Positions 10,479-20,495 of a stretch of 64,000 nucleotides of DNA are shown here, piece by piece. This DNA comes from Phocaeicola sp. (GTDB lineage: Bacteria; Bacteroidota; Bacteroidia; Bacteroidales; Bacteroidaceae), in contig JBOFMR010000130.1 of assembly GCA_051658485.1 (NCBI GenBank), forward strand, positions 21,245-85,244, in the 5' to 3' direction. Numbering within the stretch: the first letter of the stretch is position 1; the number at the start of each line of letters is the position of its first letter. Under the pieces are notes generated by a model. That model ran no database searches, had not been told where the DNA came from, and saw nothing but the letters and a program-made list of their open reading frames with translations. A program made the position numbers and the translations under genes.

Positions 10479-10660
10479 TTATTGTTGCCCAGTAAAACTT
10501 AACTCCTTTAGGAAGTTGCTTTATTTTCTTAGAATCAATTCTATTAGAGAGCTAATAAGATTCAATTTAGCTCTATTCTCTTGAGTTTGTTAAAATAAAA
10601 CACTAGTAAAAAGAGAAGCCCTTTTTTTAGAAACCTTATCAATCCATTGAATAATCAAGT
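10479..10660 (+). repeat. Dispersed ~180-bp intergenic repeat, near-full copy
   Basis: Colinear with 33577-33760 and the reverse complement of 47601-47775 (shared blocks TAAAACTTAA, TAGAGAGCNAATAAG, TTCAATTTAG, AAAAGAGAAGC, CTTATCAATC). Confidence 0.75.
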
Positions 10661-10739
10661 GGTATAATGAATTGTTTACTCTTTTGGCGGATAGAAATCA
10701 TTCTAAATGAGATTGCTGTGGAAATGATTAAGTAGAATC

Positions 10740-11720
10740 TTAATCCGATATTTCGGGATTAGTTCGTTTGAAATATTTATCTAACACTAAAAGGGAGATT
10801 ATTTTTTCTCGTTTTTTATCTTGAAACTGTTCTACCCATTCGTGTGCATTTGAAATTATCTGGAGTGCTTCATCAGGATGATTTATGTAATAATTCATTT
10901 TTTCCTTTAAATCTGAAAAATCAGATTTGATCTCTACATAGTGGTAATTAGGAATTAATCGCCCCTCCATAAACCAAGTTTCACAGGTAGGTCGTGGCAT
11001 TATTGCCAATGAATTGGAGCTCATCACCCACTTTAAATTACTTGCTACATCGTTCCCCTCTAATGCAATGATAAACTTATAATCTAGATGATCATATAGA
11101 CTGATTTTTGCAGCCTTCCACTTCTCGTTAATAGGATATTTAGAGACATCTCCTAAATCACAATCTGCATCGTCAAACCATCGATTCATAAAGGTTATCC
11201 GATTTTGTTTGTCCAATATATCACCACGGAAAATGACAGAATTCTTCTTCTCTTGAAATTTTTTACTATCCTGTAAAAAGGTAAAATGCCTAACCTTATC
11301 CATGTTAAGAAGAACAGAATTTGCATTATCTGCTACCAACTCTCTACTCTTGACAATTGTAGGGGTAGGGGGGATATCACGGACATCTCCAAATTTATAA
11401 CACCACCTAAGTTTTTTAGGGAAATAACGCAGGTATTCATACGAATCGAAGAAATAGACAGACTTATGCCCTTTAAGTCTTAATTTGCCAATAGGATGAC
11501 TTTGTGCCATTGGTAAATTCTCGTCTGTGGTCAGTTTGCAGTAATAATTTACTCTTTCCCATATTTGAGTTATATCTTTACGCTTTTCTACGCTTTTCAG
11601 CCAATTTTCTCTCTGAATTCTAAAAAGAAAATTAGGTAATAATAATTTCACACTATTCTTTACATAGTAGCGAAACTTACTGTTTTTACCACTTAGAAGC
11701 GATCCTTTTATCTTCATCAT
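10740..11720 (-). CDS. Glycosyltransferase family 90 (CAP10-like, LPS biosynthesis protein)
   Basis: Motifs VLLNMDKVRHF, VIFRG, YKFIIALEGNDVASNLKWVMSSNS, WFMEGRLIPNYHYV. Confidence 0.88.
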   Translation of the reverse strand: MMKIKGSLLSGKNSKFRYYVKNSVKLLLPNFLFRIQRENWLKSVEKRKDITQIWERVNYYCKLTTDENLPMAQSHPIGKLRLKGHKSVYFFDSYEYLRYFPKKLRWCYKFGDVRDIPPTPTIVKSRELVADNANSVLLNMDKVRHFTFLQDSKKFQEKKNSVIFRGDILDKQNRITFMNRWFDDADCDLGDVSKYPINEKWKAAKISLYDHLDYKFIIALEGNDVASNLKWVMSSNSLAIMPRPTCETWFMEGRLIPNYHYVEIKSDFSDLKEKMNYYINHPDEALQIISNAHEWVEQFQDKKREKIISLLVLDKYFKRTNPEISD

Positions 11721-11940
11721 ACCTATAACACTTCGTTAAACGTTATTTTATCTATCTAATTAATGAGTTATTGATCTGGCTAAAGAGTCGTTTTTTAATT
11801 TTACGTCGTACATGTAAAATGCTCCATCAGCAATGCCAATTCTCTTGTTTATTCGTATACAAATACGCCTAAAGAGTAAAACATCAGTAGCTAATTAGAT
11901 GCGAAAAGACTCTTAACAGTATCGAATTTGTTCTGATTTT

Positions 11941-12033
11941 TTAGATGTATCAATCTAGACAAAGGTAGAAAAATATTTTCAAAAGGGTACAATATATCTT
12001 CGATAGCTTTAAATTCATCTTGCTCTTTAGTTG
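11941..12033 (-). repeat. 93-bp promoter-containing module, copy 2
   Basis: TTAGATGTATCAATCTAGACAAAGGTAGAAAAA...GATAGCTTTAAATTCATCTTGCTCTTTAGTTG aligns without gaps to 9402-9494. Confidence 0.55.
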
Positions 12034-12255
12034 ACACCTGTTTAGCAAAAGAAGTTAATCCCTTTTAATACTCCTGTAGCTATGGAAATAGGAAGAAATA
12101 CTTTTTAGAGTAGATTCGTAAATATAATGGACTATTCACTACCGTTTCGGATAATTATATATTATGTAGTGGAATAGGGCCAATTGAATTCTAGTGTGTT
12201 TTATAATAATGGGTATCTTTGCAGTCTATCATTTTACAACTATAAATACAGAAAG

Positions 12256-13308
12256 ATGGAGCAATATTTATTTGAAGATGTAATACTTCGACCTTTAAAG
12301 ATTAAAGATTCTAAGGGTATTTATGATGTAATAGATGCCGAACGAACATATTTGGGCCGTTGGTTGCCGTTTGTAGAGTACACAACCTCCGTGGAGTTTA
12401 CAAAAGGATTTGTTGAGTCTGTAATACATTCATCGAAAGATGCAAGTGAATCAATTTTCGCACTTTGTAGGAAGGGTAAACTCATCGGTTTGGTAGGATT
12501 TAAATCGACTGACCTACAAAACTGTAAGACAGAAATCGGTTATTGGATCTCCGAAAAAGAGCAAGGGAAAGGTATTGTTACCCGTGCTGTTAAATACCTT
12601 TGTAAATATGCATTTAATCATTTGGGGATAAATAGAATAAATATAAAGTGTGCCGTTGATAACACTTCGAGTAGCAATATTCCCAAACAGATAGGATTTA
12701 AGTTTGAAGGAATTGAGAGAGCTGGTGAACTATTTCCTGACGGTAGCTTTAAAGATCTAGAAATCTATAGTCTCCTTAAGAATGAGATGAATGAGGTGGC
12801 CATACGGCAGGAAGTGGTAGAAGATTACGCGATGGTTTTTGATCTTATTGAGCGTGCTTTTCGAAGCGAAAAAGAGAGTGACCACAAGGAGCAATTCCTA
12901 GTAACAAGATTGAGAGGTACAGAATCATTTATTCCACAACTATCACTCGTTGCTATTTTGGGATCTAAAATAGTGGGGCATATTTTGTTAACTCAGATAA
13001 AGATAGGTGATGCAACCTCTCTAGCACTTGCTCCTGTTTCTGTATTGCCTGAATATCAAAGAGATGGTGTCGGTTCAATGTTAATTAAAGAGGCACATCT
13101 TAAAGCGAAAGAGTTAGGTTTTAATTCCATTATTCTACTTGGTCATAAAGATTATTACCCACGTTTTGGTTATGTAAAGGCTGAAAAATTTGGGATAAAA
13201 TTACCTTTTGATGTACCTAGTGAGTTTGTTATGGCAATTGAACTTCTACCCGATGCTCTGAAAAATATAAGTGGTACGGTGGAGTATCACCCCACATTCT
13301 TTGAGTAA
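12256..13308 (+). CDS. Tandem GNAT acetyltransferase fusion (RimJ/RimL-like + YhbS-like)
   Basis: N-domain: LRPL...EIGYWISEKEQGKGI...NTSSSNIPKQIGFKFEG. C-domain: LAPVSVLPEYQRDGVG...LLGHKDYYPRFGY. Start placed at ATG 12256, downstream of promoter box 12214-12221. Confidence 0.85.
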   Translation: MEQYLFEDVILRPLKIKDSKGIYDVIDAERTYLGRWLPFVEYTTSVEFTKGFVESVIHSSKDASESIFALCRKGKLIGLVGFKSTDLQNCKTEIGYWISEKEQGKGIVTRAVKYLCKYAFNHLGINRINIKCAVDNTSSSNIPKQIGFKFEGIERAGELFPDGSFKDLEIYSLLKNEMNEVAIRQEVVEDYAMVFDLIERAFRSEKESDHKEQFLVTRLRGTESFIPQLSLVAILGSKIVGHILLTQIKIGDATSLALAPVSVLPEYQRDGVGSMLIKEAHLKAKELGFNSIILLGHKDYYPRFGYVKAEKFGIKLPFDVPSEFVMAIELLPDALKNISGTVEYHPTFFE

Positions 13309-13517
13309 AAATAGACTTCTTGAAGAAGAGTCGTAGAATGGGTATTAGAACTCTATCTGAAATGCTCTTTTTCAAAGAGGTTCATGCTATATAGAAGCTT
13401 CTGATAGGGAGTGTTCAAAGATGGATTTTTACAAGGGGAGTTCGCTCTGATATTTGTCTGTTTGTGGTTGACACTTGGTACCACTTAAAATCTATCTAGA
13501 TTATAACGAACCTTGAA

Positions 13518-14267
13518 TTAAAGAATTGTGCATTTAAACTTCGAGAATAGCTCCATTACTTGTGCTGTTTTCCCCTCGTCAACTGCCAAATAATCAATAT
13601 CACCAATTGAGCCAATGATGTAACTTTCAGCCGTGTTTATTTTGTGACTATCGGCAATAACAACGGTTTTTGAGGCTCGCTCTAACATCGCTCTTTTAAC
13701 GGCACTCTCTTCGCGATTTGGGCTTGAAAGCCCTACTTTGGGGTGGATGCTACAAACTCCCAACACCAACCAGTCGACACGTACATATTGCAAAGCCTGA
13801 AACAGGGATATACCAACCGTGACTTGTGAGTTGCGGAAAAGTGTCCCACCTAAGAAGATAACCTCTATATTGGGTTTATTCATCAATTCCATAGCTATGG
13901 GAAAACTATTTGTGTAAATAGTAAACTCTTTGTTTGGTGGCAACTGACGGACTACTTCAAGATTTGAGGTTCCTCCATCAATGAGAATGATGTCACGATT
14001 TTCAAAGAGTTTGACTACTTTGGCTGCCAAACTGCGCTTTAGCTCCATATCGATAGATAGCCTTTCTGAAAAGTCGTGAGGGGTAGTCGTTTTGGCAATT
14101 GCTCCGCCGTGTACCTTGGTTAGCAATCCTTGGGAATCAAGCTCTGCTAAATCTCTTCTTAGGGTATCGTCTGAAACTCCTAGCTCGCTACTAAGTGCAG
14201 TAATATAGATGCGGAAACCCTCACTTATTCTGCGAAGAATATAACTTTGCCTCTCTTCTTTTAGCAT
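13518..14267 (-). CDS. DeoR/GlpR family transcriptional regulator
   Basis: MLKEERQ...VSDDTLRRDLAEL...KVHGGA HTH; ILIDGGTS, IYTNS, LGG sensor domain. Confidence 0.93.
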   Translation of the reverse strand: MLKEERQSYILRRISEGFRIYITALSSELGVSDDTLRRDLAELDSQGLLTKVHGGAIAKTTTPHDFSERLSIDMELKRSLAAKVVKLFENRDIILIDGGTSNLEVVRQLPPNKEFTIYTNSFPIAMELMNKPNIEVIFLGGTLFRNSQVTVGISLFQALQYVRVDWLVLGVCSIHPKVGLSSPNREESAVKRAMLERASKTVVIADSHKINTAESYIIGSIGDIDYLAVDEGKTAQVMELFSKFKCTIL

Positions 14268-14437
14268 TTTCTTATCTATTTTATATTGCATATTACCGCA
14301 AATATAGTTAGGTTTGAAGAAAAGTAAATTTTAATATGCGGTTATTTGCTGATTTATGCAAAGATTCCCGATTTTGTTTGCAGATATTTTAGAATATTCC
14401 ACAGCAGCCATTAAAACCGCAAAAAGCATTATAAATC

Positions 14438-14953
14438 ATGAAAAAGAAAATATTAGTAGATATGGATGGCGTACTTGCCGATGTTTACGCAAAAGTAATT
14501 GAGATGCAATATACCCAAAGAGGTATTCATATGACCGAAGAACAGTTGAATGGAATCGAAGAACGAGAGGCATGTCCCGATATTGTAGAGATTGTGAGTA
14601 GTAAAGGTTTTTTTCGAAATCCTCCTGTAATGGATGGTGCTATTGAAGGTTTGAAATACTTAAATGATAAATATGATGTTTTGATAGTCTCTTCTGCAAC
14701 TGAATTTCCAGGTTGTTTGGATGATAAGCAGGCGTGGCTGATGGAGCATTTCCCTTTTATAAGTTGGCGACAAATGATTTTCTGTGGGGTCAAAAGCGGA
14801 ATAAAAGGTGATATCATGTTGGATGACCACCCTAAGAATCTCGATTTTTTCGATGGGATACGCTATCTTTTTACCCAACCACATAACTATTTTCTAAAGA
14901 ATGAGTCATACCACAGAGTAAATAGTTGGTCAGAGATTATGAATTGTTTGTAA
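14438..14953 (+). CDS. 5'(3')-deoxyribonucleotidase (NT5C, HAD superfamily)
   Basis: ILVDMDGVLAD, GFFRN, DKQAWLMEHFPFI, GDIMLDDHPKN. Confidence 0.9.
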   Translation: MKKKILVDMDGVLADVYAKVIEMQYTQRGIHMTEEQLNGIEEREACPDIVEIVSSKGFFRNPPVMDGAIEGLKYLNDKYDVLIVSSATEFPGCLDDKQAWLMEHFPFISWRQMIFCGVKSGIKGDIMLDDHPKNLDFFDGIRYLFTQPHNYFLKNESYHRVNSWSEIMNCL

Positions 14954-14977
14954 AACTTTAGACTATTGGCAAGAAAA

Positions 14978-15009
14978 AACCCACGTAAATCACTGATTTT
15001 ACGTGGGTT
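14978..15009. terminator. Hairpin terminator between the nucleotidase gene and tRNA-Ser (convergent)
   Basis: AACCCACGTAAA...TTTACGTGGGTT flanked by A- and T-runs. Confidence 0.7.
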
Positions 15010-15044
15010 GTTCTTTTTTGTCTAGTTTGTGTCCAGACTTTCTG

Positions 15045-15131
15045 CGGAAGCTGGGGGATTCGAACCCCCGGTACAGTTACCCGTACGTCAGTTTAGCAAA
15101 CTGGTGGTTTCAGCCACTCACCCAAACTTCC
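15045..15131 (-). tRNA. tRNA-Ser(GCT)
   Basis: Reverse complement GGAAGTTTGGGTGAGTGGCTGAAACCACCAGTTTGCTAAACTGACGTACGGGTAACTGTACCGGGGGTTCGAATCCCCCAGCTTCCG: acceptor stem, long variable arm, GTTCGAATC T-loop, anticodon GCT. Confidence 0.97.
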
Positions 15132-15712
15132 TTCCTTGCTTTTAAGATTTTCTCTACTTCAAGTAGAAGAAACTGATCTGTATAACCTTTAAGTAGCTAT
15201 GCAGTAGCTCTTTTTCTTAATTGCAATGCAAAAGTAGAAAAAGAAAATGAAATAAACAAGTGTTAATCTCATTTTTTAGCAGACTCTTTTTGTTATACCT
15301 CAATGGCAATCGTTCGTGAATAAAGGGCTATTTCATTCATACCTAAGGAGAAATGAACTGTTCTGAAGCTATATAGGCCTTTCTAAAATGAGTGTATTCT
15401 ACTTCGTTGATTTATGAGTGATGGGATAGGTTAGCGATCCACTCTCGATAAAAAGAAACATATTGAAAAGTCTAAATGATTCACTAAATGGAGTTTCCTA
15501 TTTAGTTCATTGATTGAGCGTTTTGGATTTAGCGATGTGTGTAGTTGAATCGATGCAGCACAGGCTAAAAATAAGGTTATCTCTTTCTCTTTTATCAGAT
15601 TTATCACTCATAAATCTCTTTTATTCAGTCTAAATAGTTTAGGAATGAAAAATCTCTTTTATATTTGTCTGAGCCAAAACGATATATTTGGTAACCTTAA
15701 AATATAGATAGT

Positions 15713-18151
15713 ATGAAACACAAAAAACAACTCCTCTCTTTGTTTCTACTTTTTCTTTTTACTTCGCTATCGGCACAACGTGTAGAACGATTGTTGGAAA
15801 AGAATTGGAGATTTACAAAGGGTGAACAGCCTGGTGCAGAACAACCCAATTACGAGGATAAAGATTGGCAATTGGTCAATGTACCGCATGATTGGGCTAT
15901 TTATGGACCATTCGACCGAAAGCATGATTTACAAGAGGTCGCCATTACTCAAAACTTTGAATCTGTAGCTAGTACTAAAACGGGGCGTACAGGCGGACTT
16001 CCTTATGTTGGTATAGGTTGGTATCGTACCCAATTCAATACACCTGCTAATAAAGAGACGACACTGGTTTTCGATGGAGCAATGAGTGAAGCGCATGTCT
16101 ATGTAAATGGGAGAGAGGTATGTTTCTGGCCTTATGGCTACAGCACCTTTCATTGCAATATAACCGAGTTCTTAAACCAAGATGGGAGCAGCAATACACT
16201 CGCTGTTCGTTTAGAAAACCGTCCACAATCTTCTCGTTGGTATCCTGGTGCAGGATTGTATCGCAATGTGCATTTGATTTCTACTGATAAGGTACACATC
16301 CCTGTTTGGGGTACTCAACTGACGACTCCTCATGTATCAGAAGCATTTGCTTCTATAAAGTTAGATACAAAGATTGTTGGTTCGACCGACCAAGAGGTGA
16401 CAGTGGTTACTGATATATTGTCACCTACAGGTGAGGTGGTAGCTAACAAGGTATTTAAGAATCGCATCTACCAAAACCAGCCTGTGACACAAAACTTTAT
16501 TGTAAACCATCCTAAACGTTGGAGTCCAGAGACTCCTTATCTGTATAAAGCTATCTCTAAGGTATTCGTTGCAGGCAAAGAGGTTGATAATTACACCACC
16601 TCTTTTGGTATTCGTACCATAGAGTTGATAGCCGATAAAGGTTTTTACCTAAATGGGCAGATGCGTAAATTTCAAGGGGTGTGTAATCACCATGATTTGG
16701 GACCTATTGGCGCTGCTGTTAATGTTTCGGCTTTGCGTCATCAGTTGAGTCTGTTGCGAGATATGGGCTGTGATGCTATTCGTACGGCACACAATGTTCC
16801 TGCACCAGAATTGGTAGCACTTTGTGATGAGATGGGATTTATGATGATGCTAGAACCTTTTGATGAGTGGGATGTGGCTAAATGTATGAATGGCTATCAC
16901 CGATATTTTAATGAATGGGCTGAGAGAGATTTGGTCAATATGTTGCATCAGTACCGCAACAATGCTTCGGTGGTGATGTGGAGTATTGGAAATGAGGTGC
17001 CTACTCAATGTAGTGCAGAGGGTGCTCAGGTAGCTTCCTTTTTGCAAAACATCTGTCACAGAGAGGATAAGAGTCGTCCAGTAACGTGCGGTATGGACCA
17101 AGTGAGCTGTGTCTTAGAGAATGGCTTTGCAGCAGTGCTTGATGTTCCAGGATTGAATTATCGCACGCATCGTTACCAAGAGGCATACGACCAACTTCCT
17201 CAAAGTTTGGTGTTGGGATCAGAAACAGCTTCTACTGTTAGCTCCAGAGGGGCATATAAATTGCCTGTAAAGCAGCTGCCCGATGCTCTTTATGATGATC
17301 ATCAATCCTCATCGTATGATGTCGAATATTGTAGTTGGTCAAATATCCCAGATATTGATTTGGCACTTGCAGAGGATCACGACTGGACCATTGGTCAATT
17401 TGTTTGGACGGGATTTGACTATTTGGGTGAACCTAGTCCCTACGATACCGATGCTTGGCCCAACCATAGCTCTATGTTTGGTATCATCGACTTGGCCTCT
17501 TTGCCTAAGGATCGTTTCTATCTTTACCGTAGTTTGTGGAATAAGAATGAAAATACACTACACCTTTTGCCGCATTGGAACTGGGAGGGAGAGGAAGGGA
17601 ATAAAATTCCTGTGTTTGTCTATACAAACTATCCCTCTGCAGAGCTCTTTGTAAATGGAAAAAGTTATGGAAAGGCAGCGAAAAATGATGCTTCAGTTAT
17701 GGAACGCTTCCGATTGATGTGGAATGAGGTGGTCTATGAAGCGGGAGAGTTGAAAGTGGTGGCTTATGATAAAGATGGAAATATAGCCGAAGAGAAGGTG
17801 ATACGTACAGCTGGAAAGCCTCATCATATTGAACTTTCAACAGCTCAAAAAACGTTGAAGGCTGATGGAAAAGAACTAGCCTATGTAACGGTGCGTGTTG
17901 TAGATAAAGATGGAAACTTTTGTCCAAAAGCCAATCTGTTGACCCAATTTCGTGTGAAAGGGGCTGGTAAATATCGTGCTGCTGCCAATGGCGACCCTAC
18001 CTGTTTGGAGATGTTTCATCTGCCACAAATGCATACTTTTAATGGAATGCTTACTGTGTTAGTAGAGGCGGGAGAGGTTCCCGGAAAGATTGAACTTGAA
18101 GTTAAAGGAAAAGGAGTGCGAGCTGCTAAACTCATTTTGGAGGCAAAGTAA
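15713..18151 (+). CDS. Glycoside hydrolase family 2 (beta-galactosidase-like), secreted
   Basis: Signal peptide; VPHDWAI, FDGAMS, SRWYPGAGLYRNV, GVCNHHDLG, IRTAHN, WSIGNE (acid/base), GSETAS (nucleophile), WTGFDYLGEP. Confidence 0.93.
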   Translation: MKHKKQLLSLFLLFLFTSLSAQRVERLLEKNWRFTKGEQPGAEQPNYEDKDWQLVNVPHDWAIYGPFDRKHDLQEVAITQNFESVASTKTGRTGGLPYVGIGWYRTQFNTPANKETTLVFDGAMSEAHVYVNGREVCFWPYGYSTFHCNITEFLNQDGSSNTLAVRLENRPQSSRWYPGAGLYRNVHLISTDKVHIPVWGTQLTTPHVSEAFASIKLDTKIVGSTDQEVTVVTDILSPTGEVVANKVFKNRIYQNQPVTQNFIVNHPKRWSPETPYLYKAISKVFVAGKEVDNYTTSFGIRTIELIADKGFYLNGQMRKFQGVCNHHDLGPIGAAVNVSALRHQLSLLRDMGCDAIRTAHNVPAPELVALCDEMGFMMMLEPFDEWDVAKCMNGYHRYFNEWAERDLVNMLHQYRNNASVVMWSIGNEVPTQCSAEGAQVASFLQNICHREDKSRPVTCGMDQVSCVLENGFAAVLDVPGLNYRTHRYQEAYDQLPQSLVLGSETASTVSSRGAYKLPVKQLPDALYDDHQSSSYDVEYCSWSNIPDIDLALAEDHDWTIGQFVWTGFDYLGEPSPYDTDAWPNHSSMFGIIDLASLPKDRFYLYRSLWNKNENTLHLLPHWNWEGEEGNKIPVFVYTNYPSAELFVNGKSYGKAAKNDASVMERFRLMWNEVVYEAGELKVVAYDKDGNIAEEKVIRTAGKPHHIELSTAQKTLKADGKELAYVTVRVVDKDGNFCPKANLLTQFRVKGAGKYRAAANGDPTCLEMFHLPQMHTFNGMLTVLVEAGEVPGKIELEVKGKGVRAAKLILEAK

Positions 18152-18170
18152 TCAACGAATAATATTATAT

Positions 18171-18200
18171 AGCATCATCTAGGTAAGCCTGGATGATGCT
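18171..18200 (+). terminator. Terminator after GH2
   Basis: AGCATCATCTAGG-taag-CCTGGATGATGCT. Confidence 0.65.
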
Positions 18201-18299
18201 TGTAGTGATAATTTGTTCTCTCTTTTACCGGCCAGTAATAATCGTCTGAATAGAATTCATCTGCTTTGTAGAATCCTTTTTGAATGTTTACTCAAAGGG

Positions 18300-18342
18300 A
18301 AGAGCCCTATCAAACTCAATATTTGAGAATGATAGGGCTCTT
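18300..18342 (-). terminator. Terminator after the M81 peptidase gene
   Basis: AAGAGCCCTATCA...TGATAGGGCTCTT 13-bp stem. Confidence 0.7.
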
Positions 18343-18362
18343 CTTATTCAATAGAACTCTAG

Positions 18363-19910
18363 TTATTGAGCTCCTGATTGAGGTATGTAAACAACCTCTA
18401 AATCCGCTTCAAAATCTTTGTCGAGTGGATAGAGTGGGCGTTCTACTCTCTTGTATGGAAGTGCTTCTAGGTCTTGGTCAACTCCTCCGCGAGTAAGTGC
18501 CATCATCCAACCTTTTTGCATATCAAAGAGTTCAGGAGTAAGATATCCTAGCTTAGGTACGATAATATCCTCTTCTCTAGGATTGATTCCCAAGTCGGTG
18601 AAATTCTTTTCGTAGTGAAAAGGTTTTCTCTTTTCAGTCACTATCACCTTGATAGAGCCCACTTGCACTACCACTTGTGTGTTTTCGCTCTCAACGATTT
18701 GTAGTATCTTACCTTTTAAAAGCAAAGGAGGTGCATAGCGATTGTCCACCATTGCTCCTACGTGTGCTTCTACGATTTTACCTACGCCAAGAAGTTTTGC
18801 TTTCTCTACCAATTCAGGACCAGGTATAGATGCGTAGACCAATGAAGGGCCATTGGCTTTTTTAAACTCTTTGCGTTGTAGCAGTTGAGTGAGTGTCCAA
18901 GTTACATCACCTGCGCCACCAGCTGTAGGGTTGTCGCCCATATCACTGATGAAATAGGGTTTTGTCTTGCTTTTCAAAGCTTCGGCTAAACAAGCCTCTA
19001 ATGAAGCTGTAGGTGCAACAAATTCAAATTGATCTTTTACTTTCCAAAAGCGAGTTGCAAGCTCTTTGGCTGCATTTCCAACGCCCTCTTTTGAGTCACC
19101 ATATACCATTACCGCTCCGTGGTTTCTAGGTTCGTCTGCCCAAGCATACGATATCCAAATAGAGGCGTCAACAACTCCCTCTTTTCCTTCGAACTCTTTA
19201 ATTCCGGCATAGAGTGATTTTCCCGGTTCTACGCGCGTACTGGTCTTTTCGCCAGGAAGCAAAACGGGTACCTTTACCAAAGCCTTGTATTGGGGCTTGC
19301 CAAGACCTTGTTCCAAGCGGTCGAGTAGATTCTTTACCGTTCTGCGTTTGGATTGCATCGCATCTTCGTGGGGAGCCATACGGTAGCAGGTTAGTAAATC
19401 GGTCTCTTTAGCCAAAGTGTTCGATACAGAACCGTGTGGGTCGGTAGAGGTTGAAATAATTGCTTTATAGCCTATTACCTCGCGGATGGCGCGTATAAGG
19501 TCACCTTCGGGATCATCCATTCCCACTACACTCATGGCTCCGTGTAGCTCCAAGAAGAGTCCGTCACAAGGCATTTGAGCTTTTAGCTTTTCAAGGGTTT
19601 GTTGCTTCAATGATTCGTAGGTTTCTGCAGTAACAATTCCTCCTGGAGTAGCCCAAGAGACCATAGCAGGCAGCCATTCAGCTTTGCTTCTTAGCAGAGA
19701 GTCTGGGTGCAAGAAGGGGTAGGAAGAGAAGAGATCTTCTCCACTTTTTTTGCGAAACATATCTTCTGTGGTTTGTGCAGGCGAGAAGGTGCTACACTCT
19801 ATGGATATACCTGCAATGGCTATACGAGGCAACTTCTCTTTAGTAGGAGTGCACCCGTGAAAAGATAGGAAGAGCATGGCAGCTGCTCCTACTTTGTAAA
19901 CTGATTTCAT
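18363..19910 (-). CDS. M81 (MlrC-like) metallopeptidase, probable lipoprotein
   Basis: RIAIAGISIECSTF, LELHGAM, DPEGDL, DPHG, YRMAPHED, DMGDNPTAGG; lipobox-like SFHGC after a hydrophobic stretch. Confidence 0.85.
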   Translation of the reverse strand: MKSVYKVGAAAMLFLSFHGCTPTKEKLPRIAIAGISIECSTFSPAQTTEDMFRKKSGEDLFSSYPFLHPDSLLRSKAEWLPAMVSWATPGGIVTAETYESLKQQTLEKLKAQMPCDGLFLELHGAMSVVGMDDPEGDLIRAIREVIGYKAIISTSTDPHGSVSNTLAKETDLLTCYRMAPHEDAMQSKRRTVKNLLDRLEQGLGKPQYKALVKVPVLLPGEKTSTRVEPGKSLYAGIKEFEGKEGVVDASIWISYAWADEPRNHGAVMVYGDSKEGVGNAAKELATRFWKVKDQFEFVAPTASLEACLAEALKSKTKPYFISDMGDNPTAGGAGDVTWTLTQLLQRKEFKKANGPSLVYASIPGPELVEKAKLLGVGKIVEAHVGAMVDNRYAPPLLLKGKILQIVESENTQVVVQVGSIKVIVTEKRKPFHYEKNFTDLGINPREEDIIVPKLGYLTPELFDMQKGWMMALTRGGVDQDLEALPYKRVERPLYPLDKDFEADLEVVYIPQSGAQ

Positions 19911-20159
19911 GGTTGATAACATCATAGGTTTAAACTGAATTAAGTGATATAAAATAAGTGTTTAATGTTTAAAGTCGTCAATAGTTAGTAGGGTACCATT
20001 TGTTAATTCGTTGGTCTTTGTACTTGAGTCGTAGAGCTGTTTTTTATTGAGCTGCTACAAGGTTCTAATCTATCTAAAAATCATTTTTGTATCAAGATCC
20101 CTCTTTTTCCTTTCCTTAATATTGAGGAGCTTGAATGTTGATTGCTCTCTTTCTCACCT

Positions 20160-20441
20160 CTATCTAATCCCTTGCAGGAGTTGTATTATTTTACGAATGG
20201 CTGCACAGAATAACAACAACAGTAGAAAGGTTATTACTCCTGCCAACCAGGTGGGTATACCTATACCAAAGGCAAGCAAAAAGAGAATTCCTGATAGCGG
20301 TAGAAGTGGGTTGAGGCTATTCCACTCGAATGTACTGCTTTCTGGTGCCATTGAGTAGGATAGAATCATCAGTAGGAGTAGTGTTGTAACAATCGCTACT
20401 CCCGTTGTTTTGTTAAATAGATAGGACTCTTTTCTTTTCAT
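20160..20441 (-). CDS. Small hypothetical membrane protein
   Basis: 93-aa ORF with 2-3 hydrophobic segments, co-oriented between two minus-strand genes. Confidence 0.5.
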   Translation of the reverse strand: MKRKESYLFNKTTGVAIVTTLLLLMILSYSMAPESSTFEWNSLNPLLPLSGILFLLAFGIGIPTWLAGVITFLLLLLFCAAIRKIIQLLQGIR

Positions 20442-20495
20442 TGTGCTAACTGAACTGATGAATGGTTGTTTTCTAAGAAACCTGACCTCTTTGGA

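Noticed and set aside
13310-13510. Faint similarity of this spacer (and 44503-44700) to the dispersed repeat family
   Set aside because: Only short AT-rich matches (e.g. GCTCTTTTT.AA.GAG) and no 22-bp end motif; not supportable without a profile search.
15045-15131. tRNA-Ser as an island integration site
   Set aside because: No integrase nearby and no duplicated tRNA 3' end found in the window.
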